Source of the DNA: Tubiluchus corallicola
Lineage: Eukaryota; Animalia; Priapulida
Assembly (NCBI GenBank): GCA_030141605.1
Contig: JAQGDQ010000342.1
Coordinates: forward strand, 62,001-126,000
Reading direction: 5' to 3'
DNA length: 64,000 nt
Shown: positions 1-11,900 of the stretch, in pieces
How positions within the stretch are numbered: the stretch's first letter is position 1
Layout of the letters: every line of letters starts with the position of its first letter
The notes under the pieces: generated by a model
Databases searched by the model: none
What the model was told of the DNA's origin: nothing
Seen by the model: the letters and a program-made list of their open reading frames with translations, nothing else
Position numbers and translations under genes: made by a program

Positions 1-553
1 TCAAATGTGTATTGGTAACTCAAATGTAGACTTAGGTAGTTCAAATGTGTTAACAATGGTTTTCAACAAATCTTAAGCATTTTTGGTAAGTCAAATGTAG
101 ACACATGTCAAGTCAAATGTGACATTGGTATCTCAAATGTGGATAGGTGGTAAAGTTTAAGGATGTTAAATTTAATCTTCTTTAATTTCAATTTAATAAT
201 TGCTCCTAAGTTAAAATAACAACGTTGTAGGCCTACTAATAGATGCACTATCTTTGGTTTATCTTTTTCTAATTTGCACTTAAATAACTTAATTACCGAT
301 TTATTCAAAGTAGTGCATCTACATTTGACTTACCTAAGTCACATTTGAGTTACCAAAACACATTCGAAATTTCTATGTCTACATTTGACTTACCTAAGTC
401 ACATTTGAGTTACCAAAACACATTTGAAATTCTTATGTCTACATTTGACTTACCTAAGTCACATTTGAGTTACCAAAGTCACATTTGAACTTTCCTGTGT
501 CTACATTTGACATTTGAGCTTCCCTGTGTAACATTTGACGTGTAAAACCTATA
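1..553. mobile_element. MITE family B (TIR TATAGGTTTTACA), left end cut off by window start
   Basis: Ends ...acatttgacgtgtaaaacctata (553); ~40-bp CAAATGT/ACATTTG subterminal repeats in mirror arrangement; related copies at 30438-30831 and 39863-40613. Confidence 0.8.
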
Positions 554-979
554 ATTTATAAAAATAATGTATGTCGTTTACGGGGTTTCTTGGTCTGTCC
601 TTTTATATTTTCATTATTTATCTGATTTTGCTAACCGTATGATAACATTTAACATTATGGGATCAAAATATAGTTATTTTTTAGTATCCAATAACTTTAT
701 ACACCATTTATATACCTAAGATGCTAAACAGATGGGTTATATCTTCACTTACTGCCCATTTTGTTTGTTATTTCATAAACATTTCCTTCTGTTGGTTTTT
801 TAACATGCTAATTTCAACTTCTGCACTTTTGTGGAATCCTTTTGCAACGACTGAATTTCAAACAGTCATCGCGGGTTTTGTAGAAGCAACGCTCTTTAAA
901 AGTGGCAGTATATCAACTTGAGAATTTCAAAATTCGATATACTGTTGTCACATCACATACAATAGTAGAAGTATTGGAC

Positions 980-1920
980 AGCACAATAATAGTAATAATA
1001 ATAATAATAATAGTAATAATGATAACAACAACAATAACATCATCAACAGCAGCAGCAACAACAAAACACGTTGTACACTCGTCACCACGTATGCCATGTT
1101 TCAAGACAATTCAGTTACAGAACGTGATGGGACAAGGATTGCATACAATAGTTAGGGGTGAGCATTCTCTACCAGAAAGCGAATTCGAATTGAACCGAAT
1201 TTTTGTGACTTTCGAATTCGAATCGAACCGAACTTCAGTGTTTCGTATTCGAATTGAGATTGAACGATTTTCGAACAAGTTTTCGAACAACTAGTAAAAA
1301 TTAGTCTTACAAAGATCATGCATATCACTAGATTTTGTTCTGCAGTAAAACGACTAGTAATTTGTTTAAAGTTGAGTGCAGAAATCACAGCTAAATTATG
1401 CTAAATGCGTGATGTTTCAATCGTTTTAGTGATCAGGAACATATGCGATTGAAGTACAAAATTATTCGAATCTATAGTTTTGGATTCGAATCGAGTTTGA
1501 ACTAAAAAAACTCGTTCGAATCGAATTCGAGCGTTCGAGGCTCACCCCTAATAATAGTAGATGTATTGCTAAGTGCTGACTTGCACAGCACGGTAATAGT
1601 AATAATAATAATAATAACAATAATAATAATAGTACCAGTAATAGCAAAAAAATTTGCAAATTAAAAGTAACTAGTAAATAAAAGTTTTGATAATATCAAT
1701 AGTAAAAGTAAATACTAGAATAATAAAAGTAGCAGTAACACTGCAACAGTAATAGTAAATGTAATAGTACAGTAAATGTTTTAATAATACTAATAGTAAA
1801 AGTAATAGTCATATTACTATTAATCATGTTACTGCAATAGTAATAAAAATAGTAGTAGTAATAATAAAACCAGTAGTAATACTGCAATAATAACGATAGC
1901 AATGGCAACAGTACTATGGT
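980..1920. repeat. Degenerate (TAA/TAG/CAA)n low-complexity tract interrupted by a MITE
   Basis: aataataataat/agtaatagta runs on both sides of the 1153-1550 insertion. Confidence 0.7.
1153..1550. mobile_element. Non-autonomous hAT-like MITE family A (TTCGAA-rich)
   Basis: Termini TAGGGGTGAGC...GCTCACCCCTA; 8-bp TSD acaatagt/ataatagt (1 mismatch); 4 copies in the window. Confidence 0.85.
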
Positions 1921-2558
1921 GACCAAGTCAGCACTCTAAGCAATTTTTGATCGAAAGTGAAGAGTTGTGATTTTGACAATTGTTTTATTAGAAAAAAAAG
2001 ATCATATAGTTAAGTCCCAACAGATGCAAAGCATTTTTGATTTCTTTATCTGCTAGGTATATAAATTGGCCATGAAATGTTGATAAAATGCATGTCTGTT
2101 AAGATTGTCTTTGCGCCTGCAAAAGGCAAGTGAAACCTTACCAGAATGAACTAGTCTGACTTTATTAATTCAATTCAGTTTGTTTATTAACTCCTCAAGA
2201 ATTAACAAAATACAGTATTAGGAACACATGCAATATTATGTAACAAAGGAGAAGGGCAGCGAAGAACCCGTAGGTTATCTAGTTAGCCACCCTTAAATAG
2301 CAACGACAAGTCAAATTAATTTTGGCACCGTTTTCAATTTAAATTTGAATTCTGTTGACGTGTGTAATTGGCAATTAACTGATGGGAAACGCAATACTGT
2401 AGAACATTATAATTTAAATAACCAAAAATTTACAATTCTAAAATACTGTGAATATGCGATGCAAACAAAATAAAAGTAACTTAAGATTTTTAACATAACA
2501 GAAAATGGATAATGTGAGCATTAAATAAAAAAAATCCGGCAAAAATGCACTCAGAAAG

Positions 2559-2958
2559 CAGGGGTGAGCATTCTCTACCAGAAAGCGAATTCAAATCGAA
2601 CCGAATTAGTGACTTTCGAATTCGAATCGAACCGAACTTCAGTGTTTCGAATTCGAACTGAATTCGAATTGAGACTGAACGATTTTCGAACCACCTGTAA
2701 AAATTAGTCTTATAAAGATCATGCATATCACTAGATTTTGTTCTGCAATAAAACGACTAGTAATTTGTTTAAAGTTTTGCGCAGAAAGCACAGCTAAATT
2801 ACGCTAATTGCATGATGTTTCAATCATTTTAGTGATAAAGAACATATGTGATTGAAGTGCTGAATTATTCGAATCTATTGTTTTGGATTCGAATCGAGTT
2901 CGAACTAAAAAAACTCGTTCGAATCGAATTCGATTCGAATGTTCGATGCTCACCCCTA
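2559..2958. mobile_element. Non-autonomous hAT-like MITE family A
   Basis: CAGGGGTGAGCAT...ATGCTCACCCCTA; perfect 8-bp TSD tcagaaag (2551-2558, 2959-2966). Confidence 0.9.
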
Positions 2959-3351
2959 TCAGAAAGCCCTTTCAGTTATTAATAAATGTACAAGAAACCC
3001 GAGAAAGTAAACAGTATGTAGTACAAACACGTGTATCATAATACTCAGTTGCACTACTTTTCAAAAATAACCACAAAAGCAATTTCAAAATCAAGTAATG
3101 CGGTTAGCTAGTCCTAAACAACGAGAGAAAAATGTTGATGTTCATTAAGGTCTTTTCAATCGTCGTCTTTCCAGTTTCAAATTAGCAGTGGTTTTACAAT
3201 AATTAGCCCTACTAGTACACGGCTGCTAATTGTCACGTCTTGTTTACCCCGAGGGTGGCACAGACAATGGAGTGTTGCAGCCATTTTTATTGAATAAAGA
3301 AAGTTGGCCAGTCTATTGTTTTTGCCTAGTCAACATCGTCTGCAGTGAGGG

Positions 3352-3358
3352 TATAAAA
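3352..3358 (+). promoter_or_regulatory. TATA box of the Gly/Tyr-rich secreted protein gene
   Basis: TATAAAA ~30 nt upstream of an Inr-like GCAGTT (3383-3388), followed by a short exon ending in GG|GTAAGT. Confidence 0.7.
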
Positions 3359-3383
3359 ACTGGAGAAAAAGCAGCAACATCAG

Positions 3384-3432
3384 CAGTTGTCTCAAGCTCC
3401 AATAGCCGAAGCACACCAAGAAACCCAAACGG
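3384..3432 (+). other. Non-coding first exon (5' UTR) of the Gly/Tyr-rich protein gene; start approximate
   Basis: Consensus donor GTAAGT at 3433; matching acceptor tttacag ending at 4935, just upstream of ATG 4955. Confidence 0.6.
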
Positions 3433-3574
3433 GTAAGTTTTTACTTATACATCAATATTTATAGTAGTTTTAAGTTTTGTTTTTTTTATAGAAGAGAAAA
3501 TTATTTGTGAATTTTTCATGCTTTTTTATGAAAAATCATGCAAAATTTTGATACTAATGCAATAAGTAAGGTGT

Positions 3575-3930
3575 TTTAATTTCTGGATATAATACCAACA
3601 TGCACCTGTTCAAATCCATAATAATTAATTTTTAGATATAATACAGACATCCATGTATTTAAAACTATAATAATTTTTAATTTTTGGATATAATACAGAC
3701 ATCTACCTGTTCAAATCCATAATAAATTCTTAATTTCTGGATATAATACAGACAGACATTGTTAAAATTCGTAATAATTTTCGATTTTTGGATATAATAC
3801 AGACATCCATCTGTTCAAATTTATAATAATTTTCGATTTTTGGATATAATACGGACATCTGCCTGTTCAAATTCATAATAATTTTCGATTTTTGGATATA
3901 ATACAGACATCCATCTGTTCAAATTCATAA
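3575..3930. repeat. Minisatellite, ~52-bp unit, ~7 diverged copies
   Basis: tggatataatacagacatccatctgttcaaattcataataattttcgattt; gatata recurs at 3791, 3843 and 3895. Confidence 0.85.
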
Positions 3931-4330
3931 CTGTCTCTATCCGTCTTTACCTATCTTCTTGTATTTCAATGTTTTCTCCATACTCTTTTTTCCTTTCTCC
4001 ACATACACGAGGTGCTGTACAAAAGTTACTCGTTTATTAAGTACCTCATTTACACACTTAGTTTTTTATGGCTTTGATTTTGCTTTACATTGCCATTGAT
4101 GTTTAACTTGTAAGTAATATGTGGATCTATTAAACTATAAAAAAAGGACCAAAGAGATTTACATTTTTATTTAGCAAATATGTTGAATTTAACTTGTGAC
4201 TGTGTAATTTAATTGTTGAATTCAGGTTATAGTAGCTTTGGTAGTGGAACTCCAAACCTACCACGGCACTTAAAAATTGAAAACTGATAATATGTGATAC
4301 AGTAATTCACTCTTAGGGAGGTATCTTCAG

Positions 4331-4722
4331 TAGGGGTGAGCATTCTCTACCAGAAAACGAATTCGAATCGAACCGAATTTGTGACAATCGAATTCGAATT
4401 GAGATTGAACGATTTTCGAACTAGTTTTCGAACCACCAGTAAAAATTAGTCTTACAAAGATCATGCGTATCACTAGATTTTGTTCTGCAATAAAACGACT
4501 AGTAATTTGTAAACTAGTAAACGACTAGTAAACGACTTTAAAGTTGTGTACAGAAATTACAGCTAAATTATGCTAATTGCATGATGTTTCAATCGTTTTA
4601 GTGATAAAGAACATGTGTGATTGAAGTGCTGAATTATTCGAATCTATAGTTTTGGATTCGAATCGAGTTCGAACTAAAAAAACTCGTTCGAATCGAACTC
4701 GAACGTTCGATGCTCACCCCTA
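4331..4722. mobile_element. Non-autonomous hAT-like MITE family A, in intron 1 of the Gly-rich gene
   Basis: TAGGGGTGAGCAT...ATGCTCACCCCTA; TSD atcttcag/atcttcat. Confidence 0.88.
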
Positions 4723-4954
4723 ATCTTCATAAAAAGAGTTGTGTTGGGGACTCTTTGATTGAAACTCTTTGATGGTGCTTGTATACGAAATTATTTTTGA
4801 AAAATTCAGTACTCTTCACTGCTATCAAAATCTTGGCATTTTTATATAGAATTAACTTCAAGCATTTAAACTTGTTCAAACGTGTATCCACATTAAACTT
4901 GGAAATGAGACAAATGATGATAAATTGTTTTACAGTTCTTAGATCCTATACAAC

Positions 4955-6048
4955 ATGAAGTTTCTCGTATTGCTTTGCATCATTGGTGTTGTGTACGGTA
5001 GCGGCTACACTCGCGGACCTGAGTACCACACCACACAGATTTACGGTCCATTTGCGAATACGAGAGCGCTTGGACAAGGCAGGAAACAGGTTAGCAGTAC
5101 GTACACACGGACAGGTCAAGCGGCCGGAGCAGACTATGCTGCGGACAAAGCAAATGCTGCAGAAACAGCTGCAAAAGCTAGAGGTTATGATTATGCTTAT
5201 AGGTAAGAGTAGTTCTTATATCAGCTATAATGTTTCCCTGTTAGGCCAATCAGTTCATGGGTCCTATGATCTATGATTTGAGCTCCAGTCATGCTCATAT
5301 GGCTGATGCTTTGTGTAGTTTCAAGATTGTAATAGATCGAATTTAAAACGTGCAAAGAAAGTGTTGTGGGAAGTTGTTGAAACATAATCGCTCAGGCTTT
5401 TAATAGAGTAACATCTTTAAATGTTCTTCTAGTCTCATTATGCAACTCTACCTGTGCGGTAGGCAGTAGAAAGCTCTGTGGGTTCAATATATGGGTTTGT
5501 GTTTCTCTCCAAGAGAGACTGGCCAGGCAGTAGTGAGATTGAAATCCATTAAACGGCGTGCTGTAAAAATTTGATATGAATAGCAATTTTCAGTGTTGAA
5601 TATCAATGGAATTACGCTCAGAAGTTTGTCTGTTTCACATAACGGCCATATCACCCTTAAATATTCCATACTGCAAATGTTGTTGTGTTTATTTTACATT
5701 AGGTCTACTGCAAACAGACTGTTAACATAGTTCCCTTAACAGCATCACTTTCTATTTTGTAGATCTGGCTTTGGCTATTTTCAACCCAAGGTCCTGTACG
5801 GTTATTCATTCGATGGCCCGATCATTGGATACCGAGACATTGTGAGCAACAACCGCAGAATCATCGCCGGTGGCAGCGTTGGTGCTGGTTACGGCGGTGG
5901 CCTTGGTGCTGGTTACGGCGGTGGCGTTGGTGCTGGTTACGGCGGTGGCCTTGGTGCTGGTTACGGCGGTGGACTTGGTGCTGGCTACGGAGGCGGTTAC
6001 GGTGGCCGTGGGTACGGAAGCGGATACCGTGGCTGCACATGTGCATAA
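4955..6048 (+). CDS. Secreted glycine/tyrosine-rich structural protein (177 aa); exons 4955-5202 and 5763-6048
   Basis: Signal-peptide-like MKFLVLLCIIGVVYG. Phase-2 intron (ag|gtaaga ... tattttgtag|a) joins ...YDYAYR to SGFGYFQPKVLYGYSFDGPIIGYRD..., then (GAGYGGGL/V)x5 and C-terminal GCTCA*. Confidence 0.85.
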
Positions 6049-8977
6049 ATCATGCAGTTCTCTGTCTGTTCTAGTTCAATGCAACAAGCTCAGATGAGTT
6101 CAACTGCTTGATAATGATACCAAATACTTAATATTGCACAATACTACCACCATATTTATGCATATTTACAAAATTTGTAACTAATAATTGTTGTTTACGA
6201 GTGAAAGTATATCGACATTGTTCAATTATTATTTTATGAAATACTACTAAATCATCTTCTGCCTGCCTTTCACAACGATTTGTAGAAAAAGCCAGATGAA
6301 GAATTCGTTTTAACGAAGTTTGTTTACCCGACCTAACACATGCAAATACTGTTTCAGGACTAAAGTAATTCAGTAACTCATGCACTCAAGTTGGTGAACG
6401 TAACTCGAACTTTCAGCATTTCCCGAATATCCAATAGAGCAAGTCTTTCAGTAGCAAAGGGTTAAGAATGTGACTATGTCACAAACTAACAAACTAATTA
6501 AAATTACTAGTCTTGATAAAGAACGTACTGCTACATATATATTAACTCCACACTAACAAAAATTATTAAATTTGTGATATTATGTATTGTATTAACTACA
6601 TACTAACAATAATTATTAAATCTGTGATATTATGTATTTTAACTAATTATTAAACTAACTAAACCAATGGTTTTGTGAGGTAGCAACTACACGCTGCTAA
6701 TCAAAATGATGAAACTGGAAATAACTGGGGATTAAAATTAAATTTTCAAATAATCTATTTTAGTATATCCTGATTAAACTCATGCAGGCTCAAGTTATTC
6801 ATTTCTTGTATGTTATGATAGTAGGGAATTTTAACCTTCACTTAGATATTTTCCTTATTTGACTTTTCTTGACCCTTCTTGACCTTTCCATACCATTCTT
6901 GACCTTCAAAAATCTTTATTCTAATCAATTGTAATACTGACATTACTTTGACCTTTCCATTCCATTCTTGACCTTTAACTAATCCTTACTCTAATCATTC
7001 GCATTACTGACATTAACTAAGTGTATAACTTTAACCTACAAGCTAAATATTAAGTCAATCCTATGATGTGCATATTAGTATTAACAGTTTAAAGACGTAT
7101 ACGAGCACCTAGTCTATTACTATGCAAAACATGTACGAATTTTATTAGGTACCAATGTAATTTGTAAAATCAAGGAATTTGATAACGATGCACAACTAAA
7201 TGCAGCAACTGATGCACATCTTGTCTATGGTCACATAAAGTCTAACCATGGATAAGAAACCATAATATAATTTTAACATACAATTTTATGTATAAGTGAA
7301 CTGCTTAAGCAATTATTTAGTATTATTTCATAAAATCTATTGTATTTATTTTTTGATGTCAGCAACTCAAGGCCTATAAATGTCACATTTGATTCTGTTC
7401 CCTAATTGTGTGTATATACCATATTTAGCAAGTTGTTATAATGTATGCGATATTAACCAGTGTTTCAAATGTTCATTAATGGAATTATTTATTATTATCG
7501 TGTGATTTTGTTGTGATAATGATGAATAAAAACTGTGATACGTAACTTTTGTTTTAGACTCATATTTTTTACAATATAAAAAAATGGAAAACATTTTCAC
7601 GAACTATGTTCAGCAATAGTAACACCATCATAATGAGGCGCAGGTTTCTAAATTATCACACTCAACAACAGTGTTTTAAATTATCTTTCAACTGCTGGCA
7701 GAAAAACAAAGAAGTAAATTAAAATGATGTGAAAGACATGGTGCCACCTGTGAGAAAACGTGACATACTAACTCAAATCGACATACTTTAACAATATGGC
7801 AAAGTAAAAAATCAACAACGAATCATAATAAGAATGGAATAAATTTCAATTAAGTTTTCATAACTGATCTTAAAAAAACAAGCAAAATTCTTAGCTAAAC
7901 CTGGATTTGAACTGCTAAGCCAGTAATCTTCAGTTCAATGAACTGCTAAGACAATCTGTTTAAATCTGTGCTTGGTCGAAGTTTGATTTTACTAATTTAG
8001 CAAATGTTGCTTAACTTTATTAAAAAAAATTCTACGAAATTCTGGATTGTTCAAAATTATGTACAACTAAAATTTCACTTCCTATACTTCTACCTTTTGT
8101 CTGAAGATGGTGCCATGTGCTTATTTAATACACCTCGCAAATGTGTCCACAATACTTATGTTGACATCTCTGAAAATTATATTTGAGCACAGAAGAGCTG
8201 CTAAATACTTTGTGTTTACAAATTTCCTGCATTTTCACCACTGATCTACATGCAAGGTAGCACAGAAAAACGTAGATGTCAAAATCATTGTCCATAACAT
8301 CTGACAATTTAAATTTGGCACATCTCATTTGTGTGCTTGCTTAGCAAAATCATCCATAAGTCGGCAAATAATTTTTTCTATTTATTCACACATACCGAAT
8401 CTCCATTTCATGAGGATCGTTTTGATACCAAGCTCATCACTCTATGTTATTTCTAAGCTAAGATAATCTACGTTTAAATTGAAGTGCACACTACGAACTG
8501 AAAAACAATCTTTAGAAAATTATTGTTAAACTTTGCCATTGTTTTTTGTCGCATTTCTACTAAACACTTAGCAACCGTAAAAAAGATCGGTTGCTATGGA
8601 CTTTGTAAGAGCACACTGAAGTTATATTTAAATCCAGTACAAGGGCCTTCCTGATAAAGATCAGGGCTTGGCAAGAGAAAAAACCGCAAGCAAAATGCCT
8701 GCTTCAACGTGCTACTACCGGAGTTTGAAAATACAAGTTTTTTTGCAATTGCATTATTACTTTCTCGCCAGAAAAGTGGGGACGGGATTATAAAATTAGT
8801 TTTTTAGTAACTTTTTAACATTTTTCTTTGTAAATTGATGCTAGAATATAAAAGTCCAATATAAAAAAAAACAAAAAATTGACATTTGACCAAATTTTTG
8901 GTGCATTCTACTTTGAAGCATTATAACGTAGTTTCAAGTATGCAGACTTATGGATAGTTTTGGTTTGCAAGCACACA

Positions 8978-8983
8978 TTTATT
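8978..8983 (-). terminator. Polyadenylation signal AATAAA of METTL15
   Basis: TTTATT on + strand, 15 nt past the METTL15 stop codon. Confidence 0.6.
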
Positions 8984-8998
8984 AAAAACTAGTTAACG

Positions 8999-11900
8999 TC
9001 ACCGTTTGATTCCCCAGCGAAGTTTCGCAGACCGACTGCGCGGATTTTCCGCAATCTCTTCATCCGAAGGTAAAGTGACTTTCTTGCACGGAACATCCCA
9101 CAATTTCGAATCCAGGCAATCCTCCATCGTTTCCTTACTGTGCCACTTGGCGGTGTTGCGCAGCTTAGCACCCAGCGATGAGCCGATCTGAAACAGCAGC
9201 ACAAAAGTAGTAAGACATACTGGAACACAAGGATAAAACTAGCATACACTCAAAGGTAAACATGCAGCGTGGAGTGTGCTAGATCGTAAAATTAGTGACA
9301 AATATTCCATTAAAAAGCGCATTTTGTTTTTTGCAATTTTTTCATACGTTTGAGTACAGCAAATAGAGATTTTTTTATACAGCTTTGCACACCCCAAGCC
9401 AGAATCCAGTGCTCTCTGGTAGAGCCTACTCAATTTGAATGGTTCGGATCTGTGTTCACTACCAAGACTAATTATCATTATCAAGGCAAATTCTTCAGGA
9501 TCAGCCACTAAACCACTGTCAAGCAATGAGCATCACAGTGTGCAATACGAAAACTGCATTTGATTGTTAGTCAAAAACACACCTCAAGGCACACAGACAG
9601 ATACTGCAGGCTACAAATTATTCACTGTGCAGAGGGGAGGCATTTAAATCCGTCGCTTGTAAACCTAAATGGTAAACAAGTTTAGCATTCGCGGCAGTAT
9701 TGTGTTTTGTTTCTCTCGGAAGGCTCGTAGAGAAAACCAGAAAACACGCCGTTAAATATTACTACTTTATTCAGCGAGAATTCTAGAACACAAAGATGAA
9801 GGAACGTTGAAATGATTACAATAAACGTGAAAATCTGGAAAACGTTTACACAAGTAAATGCGTAAGTATAAGTCCGTGTTAGATCTGTGTGCTCTGTGTG
9901 CGCCCCCGTGTCGGTAGCCTGCTTCGCCTTATATAGCGCGCTGTAGAAATTTCTCGAAGGTAAGGCGGTCATTTCGACGGAACATTCTACGATGTTCTAT
10001 GCAATTCTACTTGACGACAGCGATCTTCACAACAGGCAGTCAAATATTCAATTGTGACGTCACACTTGTGTGCAAGAAAAGTCTGTAACTCAGCCCATGT
10101 CTTTCTTGCTTCACATGTCTTCGCAAAATCCTAAAAATATCCTATCGCGACCATGTTACTAATGTGGAAGTCCTACAGCAGGCGCAGTCGAGGCGGTTGC
10201 AGGAAATAGTCGCAGAGAGAAGGCTGAGATTGGCTGGACATATTCTATGCCTACCAGAACAACGTCACTCCAAAATAGTGTTACGCTGGGAACCACCTGG
10301 TGGAAAAAGGAAAAGAGGTCGGCCAAAAACAACGTGGCGCAGATCTTTCAAAGAAGACCTTCGGGCTATGAACAGACGTTGGGAGAACATCGAAAGAGAA
10401 GCCGCCGATAGAACCCAGTGGAAAATGCTGTCTGCCCAATGTGCATCCGTGCACGGGAAGGACTAAGGTCTAAGGTTAGGTATGCTGTAAATAAACAATA
10501 ATTTAGATTTTCGAAGAAAAAACAAGAATTTGGTGGAAAATATGATAATTTTTAGCCTCAAATTTGATAACCACCATCGCTACAAATGACAACCCTGGCT
10601 CAGAATTAAACACTTTTCCAAAAACTTCAAATTACTAAAAGCAGGAATAAAATACATGTGTGCAAAAAACTTATTTTAGTTCTGCCCTATGAAACACTTA
10701 TAACAAATATAAATGGAAATTTCCAAAATCATGGAACCGAGATTGCAGCTTTAATAGCATTCACTACATGTTTCAAACACTTAATGACAAAGAACGAATG
10801 CAATTGAAGTGGCGAATAATTCAAATCCATAATTTCATGTTCAAATCAAATTCCAATTAACCCTTTCAGTCCCAAATTATTTTTTAATAAGAAAATTTTT
10901 TTTGGCTTGGTACTTTTGTTCAGTATGTCCATCTTGTTTACACATAATAATTTTTTTTCTACCTGTGCCCGTGTGCTAAATATAGCCTGTATCCCACGGG
11001 GTACATTGGGATTCAATGGAAGCATAAAATGTGCTTCATTTTGCAACTGCTGATAATTTTTTAAAGTATTTAAGACATTTAGTATGCATGCTATGCTGAT
11101 CTGTACAAAGTCGTCTCTAAAGTACTGTACCTTGCGCAGTTTTTTTATGTTATGTAGATTTTCTAGTTTGCCATTTCATCACCATTTTTAGTCTATTGTT
11201 ATTGGCTTAAATCAAAATAACTATTAACAGATCAAATAACTGTCAGATTTAAAATTTTATTAATTTTAAAGGCAGAAAATATTCTCATATCCCATGGGAT
11301 ACAACCGGTATGAAAGGGTTAAATAAATTCATTTAAACTCGAATGTTTGCCGCTGACACCTTATAAGCGAGCAGTATGAATAACAAAGATGGCGTAGTTA
11401 CAACAAGTACTAAGTAAGAAAATAAGTGAGCGAGACAATACCTTTGCATCCATGTCTATATCATGTAGATGGCGCTTCACTAGACGGTCTTCGAGCGAAT
11501 GAAATGTAAGCACTACAATCTTCCCACCTCGGCGGAGGTACCGATGAGCCAACGTCATCCCATTCACTAACTCGTTGAGTTCGTTATTCACAAAGATGCG
11601 AATGGCCTGAAAGGTTTTTGTGGCGGGATGAGCGTGTCTCTGTAGTTTGTCCAATCTTTCGTGTCTGTCAATCACAAAATCAACCCACGTCATTTTAAGT
11701 ATCACTAGGTTCAAACACAGAATTGCAGTTTGTGAACTATTTGTGCTTGATATATTTAAAGAGAATTTAAAACTGTGTCTCAAAAAACTTTCCATACAAA
11801 GTTATTTTACTTTGCATCATGCTCACCTGTTTGAAACACTTATGTAAGTAGACTAATAATTTAAAATGTTTGTGCTAGTAAAATGTCGCTGACTCACTCT

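Noticed and set aside
1153-1550. TTCGAA-dense arrays as heat-shock elements
   Set aside because: Spacing mostly does not fit inverted nGAAn pentamers; better explained as transposon subterminal repeats.
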